Below, one piece after another: positions 1 through 9,461 of a stretch of DNA of 58,269 bases. The stretch covers positions 1-58,269 of the forward strand of contig JBFRWD010000141.1 of the NCBI GenBank assembly GCA_051439425.1. The letters are read 5' to 3'. A program made the position numbers and the translations under genes. The stretch's first letter is position 1; every line of letters begins with the position of its first letter. Source of the stretch: Synechococcus sp. Its GTDB lineage: Bacteria; Cyanobacteriota; Cyanobacteriia; Thermostichales; PCC-7336. The notes under the pieces were generated by a model, which was not told where the DNA came from, did not search any database, and saw only the letters and a list, made by a program, of their open reading frames with translations.

Positions 1-725
1 AGATAGTACGTCAGGCTGAGTTGGAGGAGTAAACCGGTACAGAGTAGAAAGATGGCAGCTCCAACGAAAAATAGACCGATCGCGGTGGGGGCCAGAGGGC
101 CGAAGAAGCGAGCACTGGATTGGATACCAATCTTTTCGTCATCGTCGCGATCGGACAGTGCGTAGACTGTATCGAACCCAAGAGTCCACAGCACCGTCGC
201 TCCCCACAGGAAAAACATGGCCGGTTCCCATAAGGGGAGAGCATCTACTTGTCCTGTCACAGCCGTCCAACAGATCAGGACGGCAAATCCCCACGCAATG
301 CCCAGCACCAGTTGCGGCACCGGAAATACCCGTTTTGCTCCTGGATACAACGCAATCACCGGTACAGCCGCCGCGCACAGACCAAAGGTGACCGGATTGA
401 GGAACGTTGCCAATACAAACGCACACAGTAATCCCACAACACCCACTACGGCCCCGACAGTGAGGGAGAGGCGCTTGGATGCCAGGGGACGAGTTTTCGT
501 TCGCTCTACCCGTCCATCCAAATTGCGATCCCAAATGTCATTCACTACGCAACCGGCAGCACTGGTGGCCAATGTACCGACAATGATGATGGCGATTAAT
601 GAAATTGGCGGAGTTCCCCGTGCTGCCAACACTGCACCCCACAACGCCGGAACCATCAGAATCAAGCGACCTGCAGGTTTATCCCAACGCAACAGATGAA
701 TGATCGCTAGCAAAGTCGGATTCAT
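1..725 (-). CDS. ubiA: 4-hydroxybenzoate solanesyl/polyprenyltransferase (UbiA family), 3' end runs off the window
   Basis: Not in the ORF track because there is no stop in the window. Manual translation from the ATG at 725 gives MNPTLLAIIHLLRWDKPAGRLILMVPALW...AAGCVVNDIWDRNLDGRVERTKTRPLAS, with the UbiA RWDKP and NDxxDxxxD...RPL motifs. Confidence 0.93.
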   Translation of the reverse strand, partial: MNPTLLAIIHLLRWDKPAGRLILMVPALWGAVLAARGTPPISLIAIIIVGTLATSAAGCVVNDIWDRNLDGRVERTKTRPLASKRLSLTVGAVVGVVGLLCAFVLATFLNPVTFGLCAAAVPVIALYPGAKRVFPVPQLVLGIAWGFAVLICWTAVTGQVDALPLWEPAMFFLWGATVLWTLGFDTVYALSDRDDDEKIGIQSSARFFGPLAPTAIGLFFVGAAIFLLCTGLLLQLSLTYY

Positions 726-825
726 GTGGGAATAAGCAATGGAGAAATTGGCGAGTATTCGAGTCCGCGCCTGGTCTGTTGAGGAGGTATCTCTTAGTGC
801 TCAGCTACGGGCTCAACTGCCGCAC

Positions 826-2100
826 TTAGTTTAGCTGAGAAGCGGAAATGAAAAAGCTGGTCAAAAATCCGGCAATTGTGGCTAGAGAGACGATTCCACC
901 CCCCAACTCGTAAGCTTCGGGCATCATGGTGCTGGCCAACATCGCTAGAACGGCCCCCCCCGATATCGATTGAATGATGGCCCCTGCTGTCGGGGAAATG
1001 GCATTCACCAGTAGGCTGCCGCCTAGAGCGCAGATGCCGACCAACGCTACCTGGCTGCTCCACAATCCGAGGATTTTGCGGATAGTGTAGCCTGCTTGTC
1101 GCATGCCAATCGAGCTGGTCAAAGACTCCGGCAGATTGGAAATAAACACGGCGAGAAGAAACGCACTACCGCTGGAAGGAGAATGGGTGGCCATTCCCAG
1201 CACGATTGCCTCGGGGATGTTATCCAGCATGGTGCCGACAAAGATCGCTAACGGAGCCGACTGAGAGGCCAGAGACGCTGCCAGTAGTCGCTCCTCTTCT
1301 GGGGACAGATCGAGTTCGATACTGTCGATCGCCTGCCGCTTCCAAGCCGCTAGATTCGCCTCTGCCCGGACGCGAGAGGTATTGGTGGATTGCAGGCGTT
1401 CTGCTAACACGCGACTGAGGGAGCTAGCTAAATGGGGAGAACGGGCCAAGATGCGCTCAAAGTGGGTGCGATCGAGACGATAGAGCCGCATGCGGCTACT
1501 GGCGATCACCGTGGCCGAACGGGGTTTTCCGGTTAACAGCGCCATTTCCCCAAATATTTCCCCTGGCCCTAGGTGGGCGATCTCCGCACCATCTAGAACA
1601 ACATCTGCAGTACCTTTGGCAATCATCCCCAGCCAGTCCCCCTCATCCCCAGCCTCGAACAGAACCTCTCCCGAGGGCACAATCACCTCTTGAACCATGC
1701 CTACGATCGCCTGAGCTTCCGACGGCGGAATGGTCTGCAATACCTTGATATGGGCCAAGGCGCTGAGAACGGTTTCCGCTTCCCGCTGGCGGCTGCGAAA
1801 CAGAAATCGGCGCCGGGTGGAAGGGTGACGAAGAAACCCGCCCTGAGTATCGATATAGCGTGTGGCTAGAGCAAAGCAGGTTCCCCCCAAGCAAAACCCG
1901 AGGGCAATAGGAATAATTCCGCTGGCTTCGAAGACGGGTAGGGCAATTTCAAAGGCGATCGCCGAAATCAAGGTGCCACTTCCAAACGCCATGATGGCGG
2001 CAGACAAGGCTCGGCGAGGCTGCCACACCAACCCTAGAATCGATCCCAAAAGCAGGCTGGAGGCGGCAAGTAACCCTTGTAATAGGGCGCTCAGGGACAT
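826..2100 (-). CDS. ZIP-family (GufA/ZupT-like) metal transporter with an inserted cyclic-nucleotide-binding domain
   Basis: N-terminal TMs with AFGSGTLISAIAFE; central cNMP domain (LFEAGDEGD...IAKG...FGEMALLTGKPRSATV); C-terminal ZIP-like TM4/TM5 motifs LDNIPE and ISNLPE plus MMPEA. Confidence 0.85.
   Translation of the reverse strand: MSLSALLQGLLAASSLLLGSILGLVWQPRRALSAAIMAFGSGTLISAIAFEIALPVFEASGIIPIALGFCLGGTCFALATRYIDTQGGFLRHPSTRRRFLFRSRQREAETVLSALAHIKVLQTIPPSEAQAIVGMVQEVIVPSGEVLFEAGDEGDWLGMIAKGTADVVLDGAEIAHLGPGEIFGEMALLTGKPRSATVIASSRMRLYRLDRTHFERILARSPHLASSLSRVLAERLQSTNTSRVRAEANLAAWKRQAIDSIELDLSPEEERLLAASLASQSAPLAIFVGTMLDNIPEAIVLGMATHSPSSGSAFLLAVFISNLPESLTSSIGMRQAGYTIRKILGLWSSQVALVGICALGGSLLVNAISPTAGAIIQSISGGAVLAMLASTMMPEAYELGGGIVSLATIAGFLTSFFISASQLN
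1955..1962. repeat. HIP1 palindrome GCGATCGC (example; dozens of copies across the window)
   Basis: Copies at 1955, 3032, 3502, 7264 and many more. High density is a cyanobacterial genome signature. Confidence 0.95.
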
Positions 2101-2130
2101 GGGCTTGAAGGGTCAGCAACGGGATGATTG

Positions 2131-2225
2131 TATAGCAGTGGCCATACCACTGCGGACAGGTCAGCTCTCTTCAAACCTGAGTGGGATTTGAACCCTGTGT
2201 GCTAACTGAAATGGCTAACGCTATA
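2131..2225. mobile_element. ~95-bp MITE-like element, family A copy 1
   Basis: Imperfect 15-bp terminal inverted repeats TATAGCAGTGGCCAT / ATGGCTAACGCTATA (12/15). Homologous over its full length to 33172-33265 in the opposite orientation, including 28 identical bp. Confidence 0.75.
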
Positions 2226-2439
2226 TCGTTCAGTCTTACATCCCGTTCGGCAAGATCTCGGCAATTCGCCCATTTCTGCAGGCTAATCACAGCCACAGCG
2301 ACGTCCTATGCTGCACGTACCCCTTCCCCTTTCTCGCTCTATAGAGCCGAGGTTCAGGCAAGCTTGTAACTTAATAGACTTTCGCTCCGGGTAGTCCGAT
2401 CGATATGCTGGAGTCGTTCGCTACTCCCCGATACGCAAG

Positions 2440-3843
2440 ATGACCGCTGCTGCTCCCATCAAATTCGGAACCGATGGCTGGAGGGCCGTGATTGCCGACC
2501 AGTTTACCTACGCCCAAGTGCGACGGGTGGCTCAAGCCAGTGCTCGCGTTTTGGCCAAGACATTTGCAGGTAGCGGTATTGTCATCGGTTATGACAATCG
2601 CTTTTTGTCCGAGCAGTTCGCCCGCAGTGCTGCAGAAGCAGTAGCGGCGCTAGGCATGCCAGTTAAGCTGTCCACCTGTGCGGCTCCCACCCCTGCATTT
2701 AGCTGGGCCGCCAACCAATTGGGCTTGCACGGTGCTCTGGTGATTACCGCCAGCCACAATCCTCCCGAATATTCCGGTATCAAGATTAAAGGGGCCTTTG
2801 GTGGGTCGGTCACTGCTGATATCACCCGACAAGTGGAAGCCATCCTGGAAGAGTTACCGGTGGCAGTTGAATCCGATACTGCGTCTGACATCGAAGACTT
2901 CGATCCCTGGCCCATGTATTTGGAACAGTTGGGTAAGCAGGTTGATTTGGATGCCATCCGCAACAGTTCGGCCAAAATTTGGATTGACGCCCTGCACGGC
3001 TCTGCTGCCGGTGGTATGACTCGATTGCTGGGCGATCGCATTCAAGAACTGCGCGGCTACCGCGATCCGCTATTTGGCGGTTTATCTCCCGAACCCCTTC
3101 CCCCGCAGTTGGCGACAACAATGGAGACAATCGCCCAAGACAACGCTCCCCTAAAAGTGGCCCTGGTGTTTGACGGCGATGGAGATCGGATTGCTGCTGT
3201 AGATGGTTCCGGCAAGTTTCTCAGTCCACAAATTCTAATTCCCGTGTTGATCGAGCATTTTGCCGATCGCCGTGGCTATCGTGGTGAGTTGGTCAAAACC
3301 GTCAGCGGTTCGGAACTCTTTGCCAAAGTCGCAGCCCTTTACGACATCCCCGTCACCGAAACCCCCATCGGATTCAAATACATCGCCGATCGGATGCTGG
3401 AAACCGATGTCCTGATTGGTGGAGAGGAATCGGGGGGCATTGGCTTTACCGGCCATATTCCCGAACGAGATGGCATGTTGTCTGCACTGTATTTGCTGGA
3501 AGCGATCGCTGCGAAAGAGAAAGATCTAAGCGACATCTACGCTGACCTGCAAGAGCGAACGGACTACACCTCGTTCTACAACCGTCGGGATTTGCACCTC
3601 AGCGATAAATCTAAGCAAGAAGCCCTGATGGCATCGTTAGATACCGAACCTCCAACCGAGATTTTAGGGCGCTCGGTCAAAGAACATCTGACCAAAGACG
3701 GTCACAAGTTTGTGCTGGATGACGGTAGCTGGTTGATGATCCGTGCAAGTGGAACGGAGCCGGTGTTGCGGTTGTACTGCGAGGGGCTGAGCAGCGAGGC
3801 AGTGGAGTCATTGTTGGATTGGGCCGAGGAGTGGGCGGCGTAG
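2440..3843 (+). CDS. Phosphoglucomutase/phosphomannomutase family protein
   Basis: FGTDGWR, catalytic TASHNP, metal loop DGDGDR, sugar loop GEESGG, RASGTEP. Confidence 0.95.
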   Translation: MTAAAPIKFGTDGWRAVIADQFTYAQVRRVAQASARVLAKTFAGSGIVIGYDNRFLSEQFARSAAEAVAALGMPVKLSTCAAPTPAFSWAANQLGLHGALVITASHNPPEYSGIKIKGAFGGSVTADITRQVEAILEELPVAVESDTASDIEDFDPWPMYLEQLGKQVDLDAIRNSSAKIWIDALHGSAAGGMTRLLGDRIQELRGYRDPLFGGLSPEPLPPQLATTMETIAQDNAPLKVALVFDGDGDRIAAVDGSGKFLSPQILIPVLIEHFADRRGYRGELVKTVSGSELFAKVAALYDIPVTETPIGFKYIADRMLETDVLIGGEESGGIGFTGHIPERDGMLSALYLLEAIAAKEKDLSDIYADLQERTDYTSFYNRRDLHLSDKSKQEALMASLDTEPPTEILGRSVKEHLTKDGHKFVLDDGSWLMIRASGTEPVLRLYCEGLSSEAVESLLDWAEEWAA

Positions 3844-3848
3844 TAGTG

Positions 3849-3947
3849 GTCACTGGTCATTAGTCACTGGTCATTAGTCACTGGTCATTAGTTACTCGTT
3901 AGCAGTGGGCCTGTCCCACCAAGGACCAAGGACTAATGACCAAGGAC
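3849..3947. repeat. STRR-type heptamer tandem repeats arranged as an inverted hairpin
   Basis: (GTCACTG GTCATTA)x3 plus 2 degenerate units, then GTGGG-CCTGT-CCCAC, then CAAGGAC CAAGGAC TAATGAC CAAGGAC in the reverse orientation. Confidence 0.8.
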
Positions 3948-4023
3948 GCAGGCCAACGGCCTGCTTCACCTCCCTCCCAACCTTGCATTACATTGAAAAG
4001 GCTGAACCTCTGACACCATTTCA

Positions 4024-5124
4024 ATGACTGCTACCGCTCTCACCCCCGAAGCCATTTTGGACGTGCTTCGCCCCGTGCAAGATCCCGAGTTGCGCAAGAG
4101 CTTGGTGGAGCTGCATATGATTCGCAACGTTCAGGTGACGGGGGAGGATGTATCGTTCACGCTGGTGCTCACCACACCGGCCTGTCCGCTGCGGGAATTT
4201 ATCGTGGATGAGTGCAAGAACGCCATTCGCACGTTGGGAGCTGTGGGGGCGATCGACGTTGAAGTAACGGCAGAGACTCCGAAGTTTGTCAGCAGCCTGC
4301 CCGACAAGCAGGGCATTGATGGGGTCCGCAATATTATTGCGGTGACCAGTGGCAAGGGTGGCGTGGGTAAATCCACCGTGTCCTCCAACCTTGCTGTGGC
4401 TTTAGCCCAAACTGGTGCTCGTGTTGGCATTCTCGACGCCGATATTTACGGACCGAATATGCCCTTGATGTTGGGGGTACAAGGACAGCCAGTCGAGGTA
4501 GAGAAGAGTGCTGACGGGCAAGAGGTTCTCTATCCAGTAGAAGCCCACGGCATCAAGCTGGTGTCGATGAGCTTTTTAATCGATCCCGATCAACCAGTGG
4601 TGTGGCGAGGTCCCATGCTGAATGCCATCATCCGTCGTTTCCTGTACGACGTGTCGTGGGGAGAACTGGATTACTTAGTCGTAGACATGCCCCCTGGCAC
4701 TGGAGATGCGCAATTGACATTGGCTCAAGCTGTACCGATCGCCGGAGCCGTTATTGTCACCACTCCTCAACCCGTCGCCCTGCACGATGCTCGCAAGGGG
4801 CTGAAGATGTTCGAGCAACTGGGTGTTCCCATCCTCGGCATTGTCGAGAACATGACCTATTTTATTCCCCCCGATATGCCCGAGAAGCGCTATGACCTGT
4901 TTGGCTCTGGCGGCGGCGAACGTACCGCACAGGACTTGGGAATTCCTCTGCTAGGAACCGTTCCACTAGAAATCCAATTGCGAGAGCAGGGGGATAGTGG
5001 CAGACCGATTACCCTTAGCCATCCTGAGTCGGAGTCTGCTAAAGCATTGATGGCAATTGCGAAAACCGTTGCTGGAAAAGTCTCCGTTCAAGCTCTGACG
5101 AATCAAGCGGTTGCTCAGATCTAA
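4024..5124 (+). CDS. mrp: Mrp/NBP35 (ApbC) Fe-S cluster carrier ATPase
   Basis: N-terminal DPEL...LTTPACP domain, Walker A SGKGGVGKS, DADIYGP, WRGPM, DMPPGTGD. Confidence 0.95.
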   Translation: MTATALTPEAILDVLRPVQDPELRKSLVELHMIRNVQVTGEDVSFTLVLTTPACPLREFIVDECKNAIRTLGAVGAIDVEVTAETPKFVSSLPDKQGIDGVRNIIAVTSGKGGVGKSTVSSNLAVALAQTGARVGILDADIYGPNMPLMLGVQGQPVEVEKSADGQEVLYPVEAHGIKLVSMSFLIDPDQPVVWRGPMLNAIIRRFLYDVSWGELDYLVVDMPPGTGDAQLTLAQAVPIAGAVIVTTPQPVALHDARKGLKMFEQLGVPILGIVENMTYFIPPDMPEKRYDLFGSGGGERTAQDLGIPLLGTVPLEIQLREQGDSGRPITLSHPESESAKALMAIAKTVAGKVSVQALTNQAVAQI

Positions 5125-5174
5125 TGTCCGTTGAGCAACACTGAGTCAATTTTGATTTCCTATAAACTGGACAG

Positions 5175-5588
5175 TTATTTAATGCCGGAGAACTGACTGA
5201 GCAATGCGGTTGCAAACGCATAGTCGCGATCGTGGCTAAAGCTTAGTTGCCAATCTGCCAGTTCGGCCTCTCCTCCCAAACGCTGCAGAACTTCCAGTCC
5301 GCGCCCGTGCAGAACAATCGTCGGGGCTCCAGACGACGCCCGCACCACTTCTACATCCCGATACCCTACCCCTTTCCAGCCCACCCCCAAGGCCTTTACA
5401 GCCGCCTCCTTGGCCCCCCAACGCCCTGCCAACCTATGCAGCGTATGTGAAGGAGATCGCAGGCAATAGTCTCGCTCAGCAGGGGTATATATCTTGTTGA
5501 GAAAGCGATCTCCAAACCGATCCAGTGCTTCTTGAATTCGCGGAATGTGAACCACATCAGTACCGATACGAACGAGTGGCTTTACCAT
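5175..5588 (-). CDS. acpS: Holo-[acyl-carrier-protein] synthase
   Basis: IGTDVV, AGRWGAKEAAVKALG and LSFSHD motifs. Confidence 0.95.
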   Translation of the reverse strand: MVKPLVRIGTDVVHIPRIQEALDRFGDRFLNKIYTPAERDYCLRSPSHTLHRLAGRWGAKEAAVKALGVGWKGVGYRDVEVVRASSGAPTIVLHGRGLEVLQRLGGEAELADWQLSFSHDRDYAFATALLSQFSGIK

Positions 5589-5762
5589 ATGCTGAGGCGC
5601 TACGACTTCGACTTCACCCTACACAGAATATACAGACATTCAAATTGAATTCCTGACAGAAATATCGGAGCTATACAGGAAGCCAAAACAGAATAAACCG
5701 GCATTTAATTGTGATGCCAAAATGCCTAAGAATTCGCGTCCAAACGGACTAAGTATTTATAT

Positions 5763-6008
5763 CTATTGTCGTGATTTCGCCTTATCCAACCGCAACGGCC
5801 GTCCCATGAAGTCAGCTCCATTGGCTTCTTCGATCGCTTCGTCTTCCTGCCCAGATGTCGCTAGGTTCACGAATGCAATTCCCTTGCCTCGTCCGCTCTC
5901 CCGATCGACTGGAATACTGACGGACTTAACCTCCCACTTCTCGCTGAAAAATCCAGTTAGATCTTCTGCGGATGCAGTGTAATTCAAATTGCCAATAAAT
6001 ATGGTCAT
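5763..6008 (-). CDS. rbp: RRM-type RNA-binding protein (cyanobacterial Rbp family, no Gly-rich tail)
   Basis: RNP2 IFIGNL, RNP1 KGIAFVNL, GRPLRLDKA. Confidence 0.9.
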   Translation of the reverse strand: MTIFIGNLNYTASAEDLTGFFSEKWEVKSVSIPVDRESGRGKGIAFVNLATSGQEDEAIEEANGADFMGRPLRLDKAKSRQ

Positions 6009-6434
6009 AAACCGTCTAGAGGCACCTCTAGTGCGAAATACGTAACTGCGAAAATTGGGATGTGAAGAAGTTATTTACTTTTATCATGGTCGTTCGACTT
6101 ATCTGAGAAAGATAAAGGGATGTAACAATAAATTTTCTTAAAAGTTAATGGAAGCAAGTTGTGCAGGTGTCGAACGTAATCCGTCGTGTTTACGTAGCAG
6201 GTGTAGCTAATTATCTATGTCGGGTGCGGTCGATGACACCTCAACGCAGCATTTTGCTCGTTTAAGAGGGGACAATATGCGGATTTTTGGGGCGATTACA
6301 GCATACTGCAGCTTAGGGAACAGAGCTATTCCGTGGGCTAACCGCCGACGGAATAGCGCATTATCGTCGCTCGTCAGGCTCGATCGATCGCTAAAATCCG
6401 AGAGTATCGAGCGATTGCATAGGAGGAGGTCAGA

Positions 6435-7460
6435 GTGCTGGTATCGGAGATTGCTCGCCGACTGGACTGTGCTTGGAGTGGCGAAGATGTTGACATTTCA
6501 GGGGTGGCGGGGCTAGCTGAAGCCAAGCAAGGTGAACTAACCTTTGTCAGCGATCCAAAGTATCTACCCTTGCTTGAGGGCATCCAAGCAAGTGCGATCC
6601 TGCTGGACATAAACACTCCGGCTCCGGCAACTGTGGCATGTTTACAAACGGACAATCCTCGACTGGCATTCGCCAAAGTCTTGGAATGGTTTTATGCCCC
6701 CTATCGAGAGCCGGTCGGAATTCATCCCACTGCAGTAGTGGCAGAGAATGTGCGGCTGGGGACAAACGTGGCCATTGGTCCCCATGCCGTCATCATGCCA
6801 GGCGTCACGTTAGGTGATGGAACGCAGGTTCATGCCAATGTCACTCTCTATCCCGATGTGACGGTTGGGAACGATTGTGTATTGCTAGCCAACTGCGTTT
6901 TGCACGAGCGTACTCAGGTGGGGCATCGCTGCATTATTCACAGTGGAACCAGCGTTGGCGATGACGGTTTTGGCTACGTGCCGCAGGCAAATGGCGAATG
7001 GTACCGCATGTTGCAGTCGGGACATGTTGTGCTGGAAGACGCAGTGGAGCTGGGGGCGAATGTGGCGATCGATCGACCAGCAGTTGGGGTGACGCGCATC
7101 GGAGCGGGCACTAAGATTGACAACCTGGTTCAGCTTGGACACGGGGTAGATATCGGTTCGAATACATTGCTGTGTTCGCAGGTGGGGATTGCAGGAGGGA
7201 CAAAGCTAGGCCGTAACGTTCTACTGGCAGGACAAGTGGGAGTGGCGGATCACGTGGAATTGGGCGATCGCGTTATGGCCGCAGCCCAAACGGGAATTTC
7301 AGCCGATGTCCCGAACAACACAATCGTGGGGGGCTATCCCCACCAAACAGCTAGGGATTGGAAACGGACGGTGGCCGTGCAGCGAAAGCTGCCCGATTTA
7401 GCGGCAGAAGTGCGGCGATTGAAGAAGCGTTTGGCAGAGATTGAGGATAAACTCACTTAA
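6435..7460 (+). CDS. lpxD: UDP-3-O-acyl-glucosamine N-acyltransferase
   Basis: Hexapeptide repeats, [33 protein letters not shown] upstream of the GTG start. Confidence 0.95.
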   Translation: MLVSEIARRLDCAWSGEDVDISGVAGLAEAKQGELTFVSDPKYLPLLEGIQASAILLDINTPAPATVACLQTDNPRLAFAKVLEWFYAPYREPVGIHPTAVVAENVRLGTNVAIGPHAVIMPGVTLGDGTQVHANVTLYPDVTVGNDCVLLANCVLHERTQVGHRCIIHSGTSVGDDGFGYVPQANGEWYRMLQSGHVVLEDAVELGANVAIDRPAVGVTRIGAGTKIDNLVQLGHGVDIGSNTLLCSQVGIAGGTKLGRNVLLAGQVGVADHVELGDRVMAAAQTGISADVPNNTIVGGYPHQTARDWKRTVAVQRKLPDLAAEVRRLKKRLAEIEDKLT

Positions 7461-7574
7461 TTTGGTGGGCATCAAGCGATCGCAGATCGATTGCCTGATT
7501 TGGGAATGGGACTGTCATTGAGCAGCAACGGCTTGAACCGGTTGGCTCGAACCATAGAAAAGTGGTGAGCGTGG

Positions 7575-9023
7575 ATGAATAATCGGGAAGCGATGCGCAG
7601 TCGTCGGCTTGCTAGAGAGCGAATCGGGGTGCTAGCACTGGCATCCACTGTTTGTGTCGGTATAGGAGCCATTGGCGCAACGCTGCCGATCCAGGCGGGC
7701 TCAAACGCGACAGGAGACGGTCTGCCCGAGCTGGCGATCGCACCAGCCATCTACCCGTCATCCGCTCGCACCGACGACAGCAGCAGTAGCCCATCACCGA
7801 TGACGCCAGGTCACTCCCATCCAAATGCCTTGAATCCTAATCCCACCGAAACAATTACTCAACACACTGCTCCCGCCGCGCTATCCTCCAATTCACCGGC
7901 CATTCCTTTGGCATATCAGGCCACTGTCGATCGCTTTCTAGATCGCCTCAATGCACGGGGGTTTCCTCGCCGCCATCAGGGGGTGATGTTCGTATCGCTA
8001 GAGGGTGTAGAACTGGCGGGGCATCAACAAGGATTGGCTCTGCCTGCGGCTTCAATTACGAAATTGGCCACCAGTTTGGCAGCGCTAGAAATCTGGGGAC
8101 CAGAGCACCGGTTTACTACACGGGTATATACGACCGGAGAGGTGCGCGATCGCATCTTGCACGGCGACTTGATCGTGATGGGGAGCGGCGATCCGTATTT
8201 TGTTTGGGAGGACAGTTTTGAGATCGCCTCCCAAATTGCCCGCATGGGGATTCGCCATATCACCGGCGATTTCAAGGTGGTTGGTTCCTTTCATATGAAC
8301 TACCGCACCGATCGCGATCGGAGTGCCGAACTATTGCGCTGGGGCATGCACCAATCCTTATGGCCGCAAGCTGCTCGCACTCAGTACATAAAATGGGCAA
8401 TACAGCATCCGCTGGCTCCAATTCCCAATCTCAGCTTTTCCGGTGACATCATTGCGGCCCCTGCATTCGCCAGCGGCTCTTTACCCGACGACGCCTCGCT
8501 CTTGGTGGAACACGAATCGGCTCCACTGACCACGATTCTCAAGATCTTGAACAGCTATAGCAACAATGCGATGGCTCACATCTTGGCTCAGCAAATGGGG
8601 GGCATTTCTGCCGTTCGTGCAACCGTAGCTCCGTGGGTACCCAGCGGAGAAATGCAGGTGGAAACCGCATCCGGACTGGGGCGTGGCAATCAGTTCTCGT
8701 CTCGGGCGGTGGTGGAGCTGCTGACAGCATTAGATGCGCGGGCTACGTCTGCCGGATTGCAGCTGGAGGATTGGCTACCGGTGATCGGAGACGATCCGGG
8801 CACTCTGGAAAACCGCACCGCCCCCCCTGGAACAACGGCGAAGAGCGGCACCTTGAATAGTGTGGCAACGCTAGCGGGGATTCTGCCCGATCGCACCTAT
8901 TTCGTCTTACTCAACCAAGGCTGGGATTTAGAGACGATTCGCGCCCTGCAAGACCAGTTACTGCGCGAGGTGTTACAAGTGTCTGTAGATCCCGATTCCC
9001 CACAAGTGAATGCAAGCCATTAA
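7575..9023 (+). CDS. dacB: D-alanyl-D-alanine carboxypeptidase/endopeptidase (peptidase S13, PBP4)
   Basis: SxxK (ASITK), GSGDP, SxN (YSNN), SGL, KSGTL; N-terminal membrane anchor. Confidence 0.85.
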   Translation: MNNREAMRSRRLARERIGVLALASTVCVGIGAIGATLPIQAGSNATGDGLPELAIAPAIYPSSARTDDSSSSPSPMTPGHSHPNALNPNPTETITQHTAPAALSSNSPAIPLAYQATVDRFLDRLNARGFPRRHQGVMFVSLEGVELAGHQQGLALPAASITKLATSLAALEIWGPEHRFTTRVYTTGEVRDRILHGDLIVMGSGDPYFVWEDSFEIASQIARMGIRHITGDFKVVGSFHMNYRTDRDRSAELLRWGMHQSLWPQAARTQYIKWAIQHPLAPIPNLSFSGDIIAAPAFASGSLPDDASLLVEHESAPLTTILKILNSYSNNAMAHILAQQMGGISAVRATVAPWVPSGEMQVETASGLGRGNQFSSRAVVELLTALDARATSAGLQLEDWLPVIGDDPGTLENRTAPPGTTAKSGTLNSVATLAGILPDRTYFVLLNQGWDLETIRALQDQLLREVLQVSVDPDSPQVNASH

Positions 9024-9255
9024 GCAAATTGTCGATCGCGTCCTGGTTGCAGCCATTTTTGGCGTATTTGCGGCCTTTGCTTGGTTTGCAGTGGCCGTGG
9101 CGGGTGCCGCAACCGGTGTCTCGCTGGGATACGATGTCTGGCTGCAGCTTTGGCAGCCGCTGTTTCAGCCTCTTTTGGGCCTGGTCATGGCGGGTGCTTT
9201 AATAAGCGGTGCTTGGGGATGGATTCAAAAGCAGCGCGAGAAGTTTTCGAAATAA
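9010..9255 (+). CDS. Small hypothetical membrane protein
   Basis: Two hydrophobic segments (LWQPLFQPLLGLVMAGAL); overlaps the dacB stop. Confidence 0.7.
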   Translation: MQAIKQIVDRVLVAAIFGVFAAFAWFAVAVAGAATGVSLGYDVWLQLWQPLFQPLLGLVMAGALISGAWGWIQKQREKFSK

Positions 9256-9461
9256 CCCGGAGCTAATGAAAAGCTAACGCTATTGTCCCAACGCGCTATA
9301 TGTCCCTCATGAAGTCAATCACACACAAACGCCTAAACATGTATATGCAAAAAGCTTGTCAGTAAGACCTGAAAAATAAGGGATCTGTTCCACAATTTTC
9401 TATTCAACCAGATGGCTCAATTATCCATTCACTACGTATCCATCTAAGTAGGTGATTGAAT

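Noticed and set aside
11..699. Short ORFs listed in the track over 11-699
   Set aside because: Shadow frames of the partial ubiA gene on the minus strand.
2181..2194. tRNA T-arm-like GGTTCAAATCCCAC on the minus strand
   Set aside because: No acceptor stem, D arm or anticodon arm can be built. It lies inside MITE A copy 1 and is not conserved in copy 2.
3849..3947. Possible CRISPR array
   Set aside because: 7-bp units without unique spacers; no cas genes or repeat-spacer arrays anywhere in the window.
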